Both the position numbers and the translations under genes were made by a program. From NCBI GenBank assembly GCA_964016885.1, contig OZ024743.1, forward strand, positions 106,144,001 to 106,208,000: a DNA stretch of 64,000 nt, given 5' to 3'. The notes beneath the pieces are model-generated. The model saw nothing but the letters and a program-made list of their open reading frames with translations, was not told the origin of the DNA and ran no database searches. How positions within the stretch are numbered: the first letter of the stretch is position 1; every line of letters begins with the position of its first letter. This document shows, piece by piece, positions 1 to 13,317 of this stretch. The DNA is from Eledone cirrhosa. Its lineage: Eukaryota.

Positions 1-520
1 AACGAACAATAATATGGACAAATATACAAGTAAATATGATGCAACCAATATTATAAGCATTTTATAACGAACTGAAAAAAATAGTTAATATTAATTTAAA
101 AAATCATATATAAATTAACAATATAACTTACCAAAACGAGAAATATATTTTGATGATAAACGACGAAATACAGGAGGAACATTCGAAAACGAAACGTTAA
201 ATAAACGAGCAAATAATGTGGCGGATGCTTTTGAGCAACAATTACTCTCATTGGTTGATTAGTCAATAAGACGATGAAATTAGCCAATAAGACAATATAT
301 TACAAAAGATGTTTGGCACGGATCACCATGGCCAGCGAAACCTCTTGAATTTTTTATTCACAAGTCAGACATGCAGACTTAAAGCATACAGTTGTTAGTC
401 ACTCCGTGTCTAACAGATAAGATTTGCACTATGATTTTATATATTTCATATATATTTACCCTTATCGATCCCTCTTTGGATATTACTATTCACATTTATT
501 ATTATTATATATATATACAA

Positions 521-707
521 GGGCGGTGGATTGGCAGTATCGGTAGAGGGTCGGACGCCATGCTTTCCAGCATAATTGTCTCTTTACGATCTGAGTTCAA
601 ATCCCGCCGAGGTTGACTTTGCCTTTCACCCTTACGGGGTCGATAAAATAAAGTACCAGTAATGTACTGGGTAATTGCTGGCCTTGTGCCAAAAGTAGAA
701 ACAATTA
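521..707 (+). mobile_element. tRNA-derived SINE, full length (family S1; cephalopod-type, Meta-domain-like central region)
   Basis: A-box-like TGGCAGTATCGG, B-box GTTCAAATCC, core GTTGACTTTGCCTTTCA..GGGGTCGATAAAATAAAGTACCAG, tail GGCCTTGTGCCAAAAGTAGAAACAATTA; about 10 similar copies in the window. Confidence 0.9.
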
Positions 708-714
708 TATATAT

Positions 715-780
<66 letters not shown>

Positions 781-785
781 GTACA

Positions 786-845
<60 letters not shown>

Positions 846-932
846 TACATATATATATTTATATATATATATACATACATATACATATATATATATATAT
901 ATATACATACATATATATATATGTGTGTGTGT

Positions 933-971
<39 letters not shown>

Positions 972-1012
972 TGTGTGTGTGTGTGTGTGCGTGTTTGTAT
1001 GTGTGTATGTAT

Positions 1013-1076
<64 letters not shown>

Positions 1077-1204
1077 TTTCAGTGTCCGATTTTCTTTTTC
1101 CTCCCGTTCCTTTACCCTCCACTCCAAACCCCCCTTTTAAAAATAATTCTTTTAATGTATTTCAACCACTCCACCACCAACCCTCGGAACTCTCTTACTG
1201 CCTA

Positions 1205-1245
1205 CTTTTCTCCTGATGAAGGGCTTCTGCCGGAAACGTCGACCC
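1205..1245 (+). ncRNA. Minimal type I hammerhead ribozyme motif in a PLE pseudo-LTR remnant (about 1074-1338)
   Basis: CTGATGA(1213-1219) A GGGC TTCT GCCG GAAAC GTC; lies in a short unique island between two (TA)n tracts. Confidence 0.7.
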
Positions 1246-1335
1246 CATCCCCCAATCTCAAGCGTGAAACTAATAATAGCATTTGTACTGCCGCTTCGCT
1301 TCCAAGATTTTTTGTTTTCTGTTTACTGTCTCAAC

Positions 1336-1385
<50 letters not shown>

Positions 1386-1411
1386 ATAATAATGGCGTCC
1401 GACTCTTTCAA

Positions 1412-1537
1412 AATAATTGTTTCTACTTTAGGCACAAGGCCAGCAATTACCAGTTCATTACTGGTACTTTATTTTATCGACCCGGTAAGGATGAAAGGCA
1501 AAGTCAACCTCGGCGGGATTTGAACTCAGATCGTAAA
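1412..1537 (-). mobile_element. SINE S1, 5'-truncated
   Basis: Reverse complement of S1 from the B-box region to the tail. Confidence 0.88.
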
Positions 1538-1711
1538 TGATAATATTTATAGTTATGTATATACTATAAACAACTATAAACAGGAAAGGTCAGTAATTTC
1601 TTACTACCTTATTATCAGTAAGGAAATAGCTCAATGTAAGAACATCACGTGTTTTACAGAGCAGGAATATAAATATATATAATATATATATTATATATAT
1701 ATAATATATAT

Positions 1712-2027
<316 letters not shown>

Positions 2028-2039
2028 CATATATATATA

Positions 2040-2175
2040 GTGAAGGCGCGAGCAAAGTGGTTAGATAATTGGGTTCGCAGTGTGTTCTTTGGGCAAGACA
2101 CTTTATTTCACGTTGCTCTTTCTAGCTGTAGTTGCGACCGATAGATAGTATTGGCAATTGGAAATAAATACACCA
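2040..2175 (+). mobile_element. SINE family S2 (CORE-like), degenerate
   Basis: TTGGGCAAGACACTTTATTTCACG...GATAGATAGTATTGGCAATTGGAAATA, shared with 58243-58368. Confidence 0.65.
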
Positions 2176-2210
2176 CTCTTTCCTCCTTTGCTTTTTCTTC
2201 GGAATTACCT

Positions 2211-2241
<31 letters not shown>

Positions 2242-2245
<4 letters not shown>

Positions 2246-3358
2246 GTGGAATATTGGAAGGTAATATCCGTAGTGGTAGAGCACTCAGTCCGTGCGACAA
2301 GCTAGGTAGAAGTGGTTACACAACAGTTAGTTCACCATACCGAGAAAAATTGTTTCACCTTAGCGGATCCTCAGCTCGGAATGGGCATGGTTATAGAAAC
2401 AGGAAGGACAACCGTACGAACGTGCATGCGCAGAAACCCGGTCGCCTCACACAGGCAATTCTAGACTGCGTGCGAGAGGTGTAAGGGAGATAACTGCGAA
2501 AGTCCGAAAAGTGTTTAGGTTGAAAATAAGATTACAATGAATCAGTCTGGAGACTTGTAGTTATGCAATAGGTGTTTGGCGACGTGTGGAGAAAGTGTGA
2601 ACAATTCATTTTTCGTGTTTGGGCAATCACTGTTGCGTAATCTCTTTAGAATAGTTATTCGTTTGTCAATACATAAACCACACGTCGGATTTCCCCTTGC
2701 GTATGACTTGGACTTAGTGATGGCTTTACATTGAATGAAGTAGTCTGTACTTGAGTCCTTGAGGGACCATACGTGGCTCGCGAGTTTCGTGGATGAACTT
2801 CTGTCCGGGTACCTGAAGGTAGGCTACTGGTTCAGGAAACGTTCCTTAAATCGGCCCTCCGCCAGGCCCATATAGGATTTGACCTCATGTGGCTCGTTTG
2901 GTCGGTTGGAAGTGACCACAGCTTCATAAATTACAGCTGGTGTGTTTTTTTTTCTGCTGTTGAAGGGGGTAAGCTTCAGGCTTACGGCCAGAGCACCCTG
3001 GTGGGGTGTTGCTGCTAGGGCTGCTGGTGATGCCTAAACACGAGTGATTGCCTAAACACGAGAAATGAATTGTTCACATGTTGTCCACATGTCGCCAAAC
3101 ACCTATTGCAAGGCTCCGGACTGATTCTTTGTAATTTTATTTTCAACATAAAATCTTTTTCGAACGTTCGCAGTTATCTCCCTTACACCACTCGCACGCA
3201 GTCTAGAATTGCCTGTGTGAGGTGACCGGGTTTCTGCGCATGCGCGTTCATACGGTTGCCCTCCTGTTCCTATAACCATGACCATTTCGAGCTGAGGATC
3301 CGCTAGGGTGAAACAATTGTTCTCGGTATGGTGAACTAACTGTTGTGTAAACACTTCT
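2242..3358. mobile_element. Fold-back element with about 315-bp inverted arms (2308-2630 / 3044-3358), each with a hammerhead motif
   Basis: Arms are diverged reverse complements; right arm CGAG CTGAGGA(3292) TCCGCTAGGGT GAAAC AATT GTT CTCG; left arm has the same motif on the minus strand; microsatellite flanks. Confidence 0.8.
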
Positions 3359-3371
3359 CTCTCTATCTCTC

Positions 3372-3418
<47 letters not shown>

Positions 3419-3539
3419 CTATATATTTATATATACAGTATTTTCCGTTGTGTTGTAATATAAATATTACACACAGTAGATTGACAGCTCACGTAGAGCC
3501 ATTAAGTTTGCTAAGGATAACTCTGACCTTACAAACGAT

Positions 3540-4990
3540 GAAATTAAGATTATATTAGAAGCTAGGAAAACTATAGTCAAATTTGAGAACAGTTATTGGG
3601 TACGTAAAGATATACCCTCTAACTTTGACATAACAATGGGCTCTATCGATTCGGCGGAAATAGCTGATATTGTGGGGTTATTTATCGCCTTTTAGACTCC
3701 AGGAAAAATTCAGCAATCTCCACGGCGGAATATACCGCGACGATGTTCTCCTCCTAGTTAAAAACCTAAATAACCAAAAACTAGAAAAACTACGCAAAAA
3801 TAAAAGAAAACTACTACTCGAAATAGGACTAACTATAACATATGAATACAACCTTAAAGTAGTTAACTTCCTGGATGTCACACTCAATTTAAACTCTGGT
3901 CTGATTAAACCGTTTCATAAATTGAATGAAAATCTCAAGTACGTAAATGTTGGGTCTAACCACCCCATCTCTATAATTAAATCTATCCCTAAAAATATTT
4001 CCCTTAGAATCTCGGGTCTATCTTCTAACATACAAGTATTTAAGGAACACACCGAATACTACGATAACGCCCTTAGTAAAGCAGGCCACCTCAACAAAAT
4101 AGAGTATATAGATGGGAACAATCAAAACACCCAAAATAAATCCCACATAGGTAGATATAATAACACAACACCAAACCACACTTACTACCATAGTATGCAC
4201 ACCAGTAAACCAACAAACAAAACTAATAGAAAGCGATGCAAAGAGTACTTATGGTATAACCCCGAATACAATAGTTCCATTAGTACAAATTTACCAGTAC
4301 TCTTCTTTAAAATAATTAAGAGACATTTTCCTACATCACACAAATACCACAAAATCCTAAACCCTACCACTATAAGACTGTCATACTCTACAGCGTTAAA
4401 CCTTGAACAACATATAAAAAAGATCAATACTAGAAGGTTAAACGAAAACACTAAAAACTTAAGTACAAAGAACACAAAAAAAACAGTAGACAATACACTA
4501 CAGCACATAAATAAACCACACCTAAGTTCGTCCGCAATACTACTCCAGAGAAAACCCAACGTACACAACTGTAACTGCACCTATCCTGACAACTGCTCCC
4601 TCGGCAATAACTGCCTGGAAAAAAAAAATTATTTATAAGTGTAACATTAAATCCGGAGGCAACGAGTGGTATTACGTGGGATCAACGGCAACATCGTTTA
4701 AATCTCGATTATATAGGCATTCCTCAATAAAACACCAGAGCCAAAGAAATGTAACAACTTTAGCAGAAAAAGCTTGGACGCTCAGGGATGGCGATCAAAA
4801 GTTTACCCTAAAATGGGAGAAATTAGCTAAAACCCAAAGCTTTTCCAGGAGCCAAAATTTCTGCAAATTGTGTAATCTTGAGATTTATTACATAATCACA
4901 CACAAGTAGAAATTGCTGAATAACAGAATTGAACAAACATTATTTTGCCGTCACCGAACTAAAACCCTTTTTTACCACTACAAGCCGAAT
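3540..4990 (+). pseudogene. Penelope-like element, 5'-truncated RT plus GIY-YIG coding remnant (frameshifted)
   Basis: FDITMGSIDSAEIADIVG (RT motif B), GIYRDD (motif C), NFLDVTLNL, LWYNPEY..KRHFP..HKILN..IRLSYS, CNC-x5-C-x5-C linker, WYYVGSTATSFKSRLYRH, FCKLCNLEI; probable 3' UTR/pLTR to about 6030 with a weak CTGATGA(5879)..GAAA motif. Confidence 0.9.
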
Positions 4991-5275
4991 ATTACATAAA
5001 AGAGGGACATCCCCCCAACTATATAAACCTCAATCTAGTTAGAAAAATATAAAAACAATTTCTTCTCAACATATATATGTATATTAATAACCTCAAATTA
5101 CCACACTAATAATGGAAAGATATGCTGATGAGAATATGTGCAAAAATGCGATAATGAATGTGTCTAAAAGCGACCATAAGTATGTATATATATGTGAAAA
5201 TGTATATAAATAAGTAAATACATATATATGTTTGATGTGTATAGTTAGATGTAAGTGTATTCATGTATTAAAATG

Positions 5276-5338
<63 letters not shown>

Positions 5339-6047
5339 GTATATACGTACACATAGACTAGAGTATGTATGTATATATGTGTGTGTCTATACGTGTGTAT
5401 ATAAAGATAAGTTGAGTATGAAAATGTACACACATGAACGCGTATGTATGTACATGAATACATGTGTGTATATATATATGTATGCATGTGTATATGTATG
5501 TAAGTATGAACATGTTACTATGTGAATGTGAGTATATGTATTTTGTAGAGGGGTGCAAATATGTTTGTGTGAGAATGCGTCGGTGAAAGGATACGTACAC
5601 TGGAAAGAAAAAAGTTAAGTCTGAATGTAAATTAAGTGCAAACACAAAACCAACCACGCATATCTTTACTATCTCTAATCCCTCTATCTATTTAGAAAAA
5701 TAACCAATAATATATTCTATAAAAATGTCAAAACAACAGATGGGAATCTAATTACTCACTGCCACCAAAAATTCTCACTGCTTTCAAAAAACCACTCCCT
5801 CAACTATTCTTCTAACAACTTCACCCCTCTCTCCTAATATTCTCTATAAAAACCAAACAGGTCCTCAGTAATATTATTCTGATGAAATGACAGTAAATAA
5901 TAACAATGAAATATTGATTGTCTGCATAACTAATACTTTGTAGATAGCAGCTGTTTTCAGGTTATGTAACTGTTATAGAAACACGTGTCAATAAATTCCT
6001 TTCAACTAAACTGTATCCATTCAAATCTTTTTATATATTTATATATA

Positions 6048-6222
<175 letters not shown>

Positions 6223-6546
6223 TTAAAACTATCGAATTTTAATTTAGAACATTTATTTGCTGCCAATTGTTTCTCCCAGTGGGAAGTCGGGCGTCATCGG
6301 AACATAGGGAAAGTTGAAACATGTTACTAGAGTCCTAGTCATTCAGAAGATTTAGGGTACATAATTGTTTTTACTATCAAGTCATCATGTTTAGAGCCAG
6401 GAGTTAAAAAGATATTCTGCTTGAGGGAACACAATTATAGGCAGCACTGGTTGAAAATGTAAGAGGTATAAGTGAAAAGCACAAGTAAAAAAGTACATGC
6501 ACCAAAGTTATAAGCAAGGAAAATTGGTGTACAATATGTATATATA

Positions 6547-6608
<62 letters not shown>

Positions 6609-6759
6609 GTAAATATATATGTATAATATTCTATCATACTATTTCATTATAATACCATTATAAATTTTAAAGGATCGTAAATAAAACGAGTAAATCAGAC
6701 AAAGTTGGAATTCCTCTTATTAATATAATCTTCTATACACAATCATACATACCCGTGTA

Positions 6760-6790
<31 letters not shown>

Positions 6791-6834
6791 AAATATATAT
6801 ATATATAAATAAGTAAATATCTCTCTCTCTCTCG

Positions 6835-7110
<276 letters not shown>

Positions 7111-7120
7111 TATTATTATT

Positions 7121-7310
7121 AGGGTGGTGGTAAGGCAGTATCGGTAGAGGGTCAGAGGCCATGCTTTGACACATATAGTTACGGCCCTTGCCATTCTGTG
7201 GTCAAATCCCGCCGAGTTTAACTTTGCTTTCATCCTTACGGGGTCGAGAAAATAAAATACCAGTAAGGCACAGGGTAATTTCTGGCCTTATGCCAAAAGT
7301 AGAATCAATT
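7121..7310 (+). mobile_element. SINE S1, full length
   Basis: Same head, B-box-like GGTCAAATCC, core and tail, followed by (ATT)n. Confidence 0.88.
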
Positions 7311-7324
7311 ATTATTATTATTAA

Positions 7325-7396
<72 letters not shown>

Positions 7397-8081
7397 ATAC
7401 ATATATATATTATATAAATTATAATACCTAGGACTACGGAAAGTATTGTAGAATATGTTTACATGTAAACCTTATGTTATAGTGTGTGAGTAATGTTTTA
7501 CAAGTATTGCCAATGTTACGTGATATTTTGTTATAGAAATTATATTTATCAAATGCATCTAAGAAATATTGATATCATTAAATTGCTATTATCGATAGGT
7601 TCTTCTGATCTTTCTCGTTTACCTTTTTCTTGTTTTCAATTTAACATTTCTGCATACTGAATTGGACGATTCCCATTCTAAATGCAGTGCATTAAGCTCG
7701 CAGACAAATGCTGATTCGTGAAAATATACTTATCGATTTTCTTTTATTTCAATTGGTATTTATATATTCCTTTTGGCGCAGATTTTCATTGCGTAATTTT
7801 TCCTCAATGTTTCTCTTCTTTTGCACTCAATGAAATATTGCGATTTTCAGAATGGTTAACTGTGACTACCATTATGCTGTTCCAATACTCTGTTTTAGAT
7901 ATATTACATTATTGGAACAATTTAATCATGTCTATTATATCCTTGATAATGAGCTGTTGCCAGCATTGCTACCTCACCGATATGTTGCTGTTAAATATAT
8001 AGAGTTTCCAAACCTATTTCCATTTAGCCTTTTACTGAAATTGTTTGGATTGCAGAATACGCTCACGATCTTTGATCATAT

Positions 8082-8425
<344 letters not shown>

Positions 8426-8449
8426 TGTAAACAGAAGTTAAAAAATGTA

Positions 8450-9020
8450 TAGTACACAGGCACACCATACTTGATTCCAGGCATCTATTTTGTACTGGGC
8501 GCTTATCCGGCAGCTGGCAGTTACAGTTGGCGGCCTTCGTGTGTGCGGGTTCTCCGTTGCCGTTTTGTATGCTGTTATGAATGGGCTGAGATTTAGGCTT
8601 ATTAATGTTTTGTTGTGATGCGCTCTGATGTGTGTGTGGTTACGATATTGTTATATGTTTGCGTTTTGTATTTGGTAGGTTATTTTCTTTAGAGATTCTT
8701 TTGTAGTTGATTTTGTGTATGTGTGATTCTAAGTTGGCTGCAGTAGAGTAAGAGAGTTTGATAGGTTTTCTGTTCAAGAATCTATGGTATCTGTGTAGTT
8801 TAGGGAAGTGTTTAAAGAATGTAGAAGGTAGTTTGGTTTTTATAGAGGAGTGGAATATTGTATTGAACCATAAGTATTTCTTATTTCTGGATTTTCTATA
8901 GTTCCTAGAATTCCCTATATTAGTATTCGGTTGTTTTATTCCTGGTGCGCGATGTCTATTTCTGTTTAGTTCAGTTCTATGTTTGTTATTTCTATAGATG
9001 TGGGTAGTGTAGCTGTCATT
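8450..9020 (-). pseudogene. Penelope-like element fragment (region between RT and GIY-YIG)
   Basis: Minus strand reads KYLWFNTIFHSSIKTKLPSTFFKHFPKLHRYHRFLNRKPIKLSYSTAANL and NCNCQLPDKRPVQNRCLES; followed at about 9040-9095 by a family B-type terminus matching 25740-25794. Confidence 0.8.
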
Positions 9021-9091
9021 AGATTTTGTGTAACTGTCCGTATCTGCGACACGATTTTATATAAAAAACCTCGCAAAACTTATTCATCGCC

Positions 9092-9144
<53 letters not shown>

Positions 9145-9189
9145 TATATTTATATATATACACATATATACATAGACATATATAAATAT

Positions 9190-9345
9190 ATTTTTTCGGA
9201 GGGTTGTGCTGCCAATACAAACAACGCACCTTCTTGTTTACCCTTCAATATATTACAAATTTACAGTGGTTTGGTTTACTAACCGGATGTGTATTCATTG
9301 TCAAAGAACTTTGACACACATTGTGTGACCTCCTCAGTCACTAGT
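9190..9345 (-). mobile_element. Family B pLTR copy with degenerate hammerhead
   Basis: Similar to 46010-46200; minus strand CTGAGGA(9337-9331) G GTCACAC AAT GTGTGTC AAAG. Confidence 0.7.
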
Positions 9346-10078
9346 TTTTGTTAAATGTTGTGTCTCTCTTTTGTTCAACATCATATTTCTCTGTACTACG
9401 TCGCAAAATAATCAGAATCCCTCTCTTAATTTCCCAATAAAGTAATTCATTACATAGTGATGACAATAATCTAAGTGAAGACTGACTCAAAAATAAAATA
9501 CTACAATTAATTCTGTTAATATCGATATGTGAAGTGGATTTTATAAAACTGATCATGGCTAACATGGCACCCCATCTTCGTCTCCTTTTGTTGCCGATTT
9601 ATTCTTTATTATACCGGTCACTCCTTCTGTTATTCTTTACATCCTTCTCTTTTCAATCACCCAAATCTAATTTCCTCTTTCTATAGCGAGTATTCTTGTA
9701 GAAAGGTGTAACCAAATACATAGAGAACATAGAAAACATAGAGAACACAAATATAAAGAAAATAATATATTTCCGCTATATATGCTGCCATTGAAACATT
9801 TAAAATCTTATTTGCTGTATGTTTCCTAATGGCAATTATCTAAAACGTTTCTAAAATAAAACATTTCTCAAATATTACATATCCGTTGATATATCTTTGT
9901 ATGGTCTGAGATTTCCGTCTTTTGCATTCGTTTCATGATGTAATTATTACATATTCTTGCAGTCCATCCATCAATATTTTGTGAAATATTTGTTCATCAG
10001 TAACGTTACGAATACAATAAGGCTGTGCTGTGTCCTATCCTACCGTATCTCAAGAGAAGCGACGAAAAATGACCAGTA

Positions 10079-10122
<44 letters not shown>

Positions 10123-10345
10123 GTGTGTGTGTGGTGGCTGTGTCCGTCAATATTAGTGAGTATATAGAGAGAGATAGAGGGTTATGGAGAGAGAGAGAGA
10201 TTTGGGGGGAACGAAAGTGAAATGAACGAGAGAGAAAGGTGGATAGATGTAATATTCATTCATTATAGACCAGATTGTGTTTAAATGGAAAGTAAAGAGT
10301 GTCTCAATAATTATATTTCATTTCCGCTATAGCCATAGCTTATAA

Positions 10346-10458
<113 letters not shown>

Positions 10459-11388
10459 TGTGTATGTGTATTCCTTTATGTTTGGTTACGTGTGTGTCTA
10501 TATGTGTGTTTATAATTCTGCTTGTGAAACTCTTCATATGAAAACTGATGCGTTTTTAAACATGGGTTTCAGTGTGCGAGATCACCTATTTTGCTGATGT
10601 TAAGTTATCTATTTTTAGAAAGAAAACAACAGAGTTAAATGAAAGAGTATAAAGAATAAAGAAAGCAAATGTGAAGAAAATACAATATCAAATATAAAGA
10701 TATTCTCTTAACAGCTTCACAAGTAAAGATACCAATAGATTTATAGAGAAAAGAAGAAATAAAATAGTGGGTAGCAATTTCCATCGGGAGATTACACAGG
10801 TTCGGTTTCCGAACAAGCGGAAATTGCTACCGAGCAATTCTCTTAAACGGAATTCTTTTCGAGTAAATTTAAATATGAAAACGTAACACTCGCCTATAGA
10901 ATAACAACTAGCGAGTGGCTTCTGATTTTTCGCATCAGATTTCAGAAATTCACAACTAAGTTCACATGAAGCCATTCAGATATTCAGATATGGCTGCTGT
11001 TAGGTTATTAACTGTGTTCAGATATCAAATCATTTGCTCTTACTAAAATTGAATTTCAGCACCTAGGGAGGGAGAAACAATGTCTTTTCTTGCACAACGT
11101 TGTCGAATTTATAATTAGAATACTATTCTTGGCTTTCCTTAGTATTAGGAATTGACTTTATATTTAATATGTATTTGTATTTATTATATATTTCCATTTA
11201 TTGTTTTTTGTCTTTATACATACTAACACTTCTAGCCAACATCATAATAATTCTCCCTACTTAGAAAGTAATGGCGTCTGTTTTTGTTAAATGCAATTAT
11301 TGTAACGTATTTAGACTCATAGACACAACTATAAATTCACATATACGTACACACAAACACACTGCAAAATACCCTCTTTAAATATGTG

Positions 11389-11436
<48 letters not shown>

Positions 11437-11666
11437 TTTTCGTAGATTCCTCCATGTATACATACATTCTGACAAGTAAACTTGTATTTATATTTTTTCT
11501 CAAGAAACATGCAGTTATATTGACCAACATAGCAATAGAAAATAGCAATTAATTTCGCATAGTAAATTGAAAATCGCTATTCCTCACTGAAAAACAGAAT
11601 TAAGTACACAGGCATTACATACGTATTCTCGTACACGAATGACTAGCAGAAATACATCCTCACTTC

Positions 11667-11905
11667 CATACATACAAACATACATACATACATACATACA
11701 TACATACATACATACATACATACATACATACATACATACATACATACATACATACATACATACATACACACACACATACATACATACATACATACATACA
11801 TACATACATACATACATACATACATACATACATACATACATACATACACACATACATACATACATACATACATACATACATACATACATACATACATACA
11901 TACAC
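11667..11905. repeat. (TACA)n microsatellite
   Basis: Direct reading. Confidence 0.98.
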
Positions 11906-12311
11906 AAACATATTTATATTTATATACGCGAGTGTGTATGGATGCATAGCCAAGAGTTGTCTGCAGTGTGGCTCTATAAGTGGGAACTATTTACGCACAC
12001 AGCATTCCATTCCCTTGCAAATTGGTGTGAAGCAAGGAAGTGATTTGTGACCGTTTTAAGGAAGATAAACTAATACGTAAGCGTTACCTATTTTAAATGT
12101 TGCAAAAAAGGAAAACCGTTAACTGTTTTAAATAATACGAAAAAAGAAAAAAAATCATATATATATATATATATATTGGAATAAATGCTCTGAAATAGCG
12201 ATATATATGTGAATATAGACATAGAATATTCGAAAATATTCTGTATGTTTATAATAAACATTTTGAAGACCTAATCGCTATAGAATAGAATACGTCACGT
12301 ATTACAATTAG

Positions 12312-12400
12312 ATTCTCGATAAAAGCAAGGGAAGTAATCTACGCGTTTCATTCTTGTTAGAATTCATCAGGACTACATATCCAGTGCTTTTATCGAGAAT
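12312..12400 (-). ncRNA. Same hammerhead on the minus strand (also 12622-12710 and 12932-13020)
   Basis: Reverse complement of 13229-13317. Confidence 0.9.
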
Positions 12401-13228
12401 GACACAGCTAGAGACTTATAGAATACTTAGCTGTGTACAGGAACTGGTTTGAAAGAGCGGTTGCCGGTCCGGCAGAAATTAGAAATTGGAATAAATGCTC
12501 TGAAATAGCGATATATATGTGAATATAGACATAGAATATTCGAAAATATTCTGTATGTTTATAATAAACATTTTGAAGACCTAATCGCTATAGAATAGAA
12601 TACGTCACGTATTACAATTAGATTCTCGATAAAAGCAAGGGAAGTAATCTACGCGTTTCATTCTTGTTAGAATTCATCAGGACTACATATCCAGTGCTTT
12701 TATCGAGAATGACACAGCTAGAGACTTATAGAATACTTAGCTGTGTACAGGAACTGGTTTGAAAGAGCGGTTGCCGGTCCGGCAGAAATTAGAAATTGGA
12801 ATAAATGCTCTGAAATAGCGATATATATGTGAATATAGACATAGAATATTCGAAAATATTCTGTATGTTTATAATAAACATTTTGAAGACCTAATCGCTA
12901 TAGAATAGAATACGTCACGTATTACAATTAGATTCTCGATAAAAGCAAGGGAAGTAATCTACGCGTTTCATTCTTGTTAGAATTCATCAGGACTACATAT
13001 CCAGTGCTTTTATCGAGAATGACACAGCTAGAGACTTATAGAATACTTAGCTGTGTACAGGAACTGGTTTGAAAGAGCGGTTGCCGGTCCGGCAGAAATT
13101 AGAAATTGGAATAAATGCTCTGAAATAGCGATATATATGTGAATATAGACATTCTGCCGGACCGGCAACCGCTCTTTCAAACCAGTTCCTGTACACAGCT
13201 AAGTATTCTATAAGTCTCTAGCTGTGTC

Positions 13229-13317
13229 ATTCTCGATAAAAGCACTGGATATGTAGTCCTGATGAATTCTAACAAGAATGAAACGCGTAGATTACTTCCC
13301 TTGCTTTTATCGAGAAT
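13229..13317 (+). ncRNA. Type I hammerhead ribozyme (repeats every 310 bp; CTGATGA cores at 13259 through 15429)
   Basis: Stem I GTAGTC/GATTAC; CTGATGA; stem II ATTCT-AACA-AGAAT; GAAA; palindromic stem III ACGCGT; predicted cleavage after GUA(13289); perfect 16-bp outer helix ATTCTCGATAAAAGCA/TGCTTTTATCGAGAAT. Confidence 0.92.

Noticed and set aside
521-610. tRNA gene
   Set aside because: A/B boxes are part of a multi-copy SINE; no cloverleaf could be built
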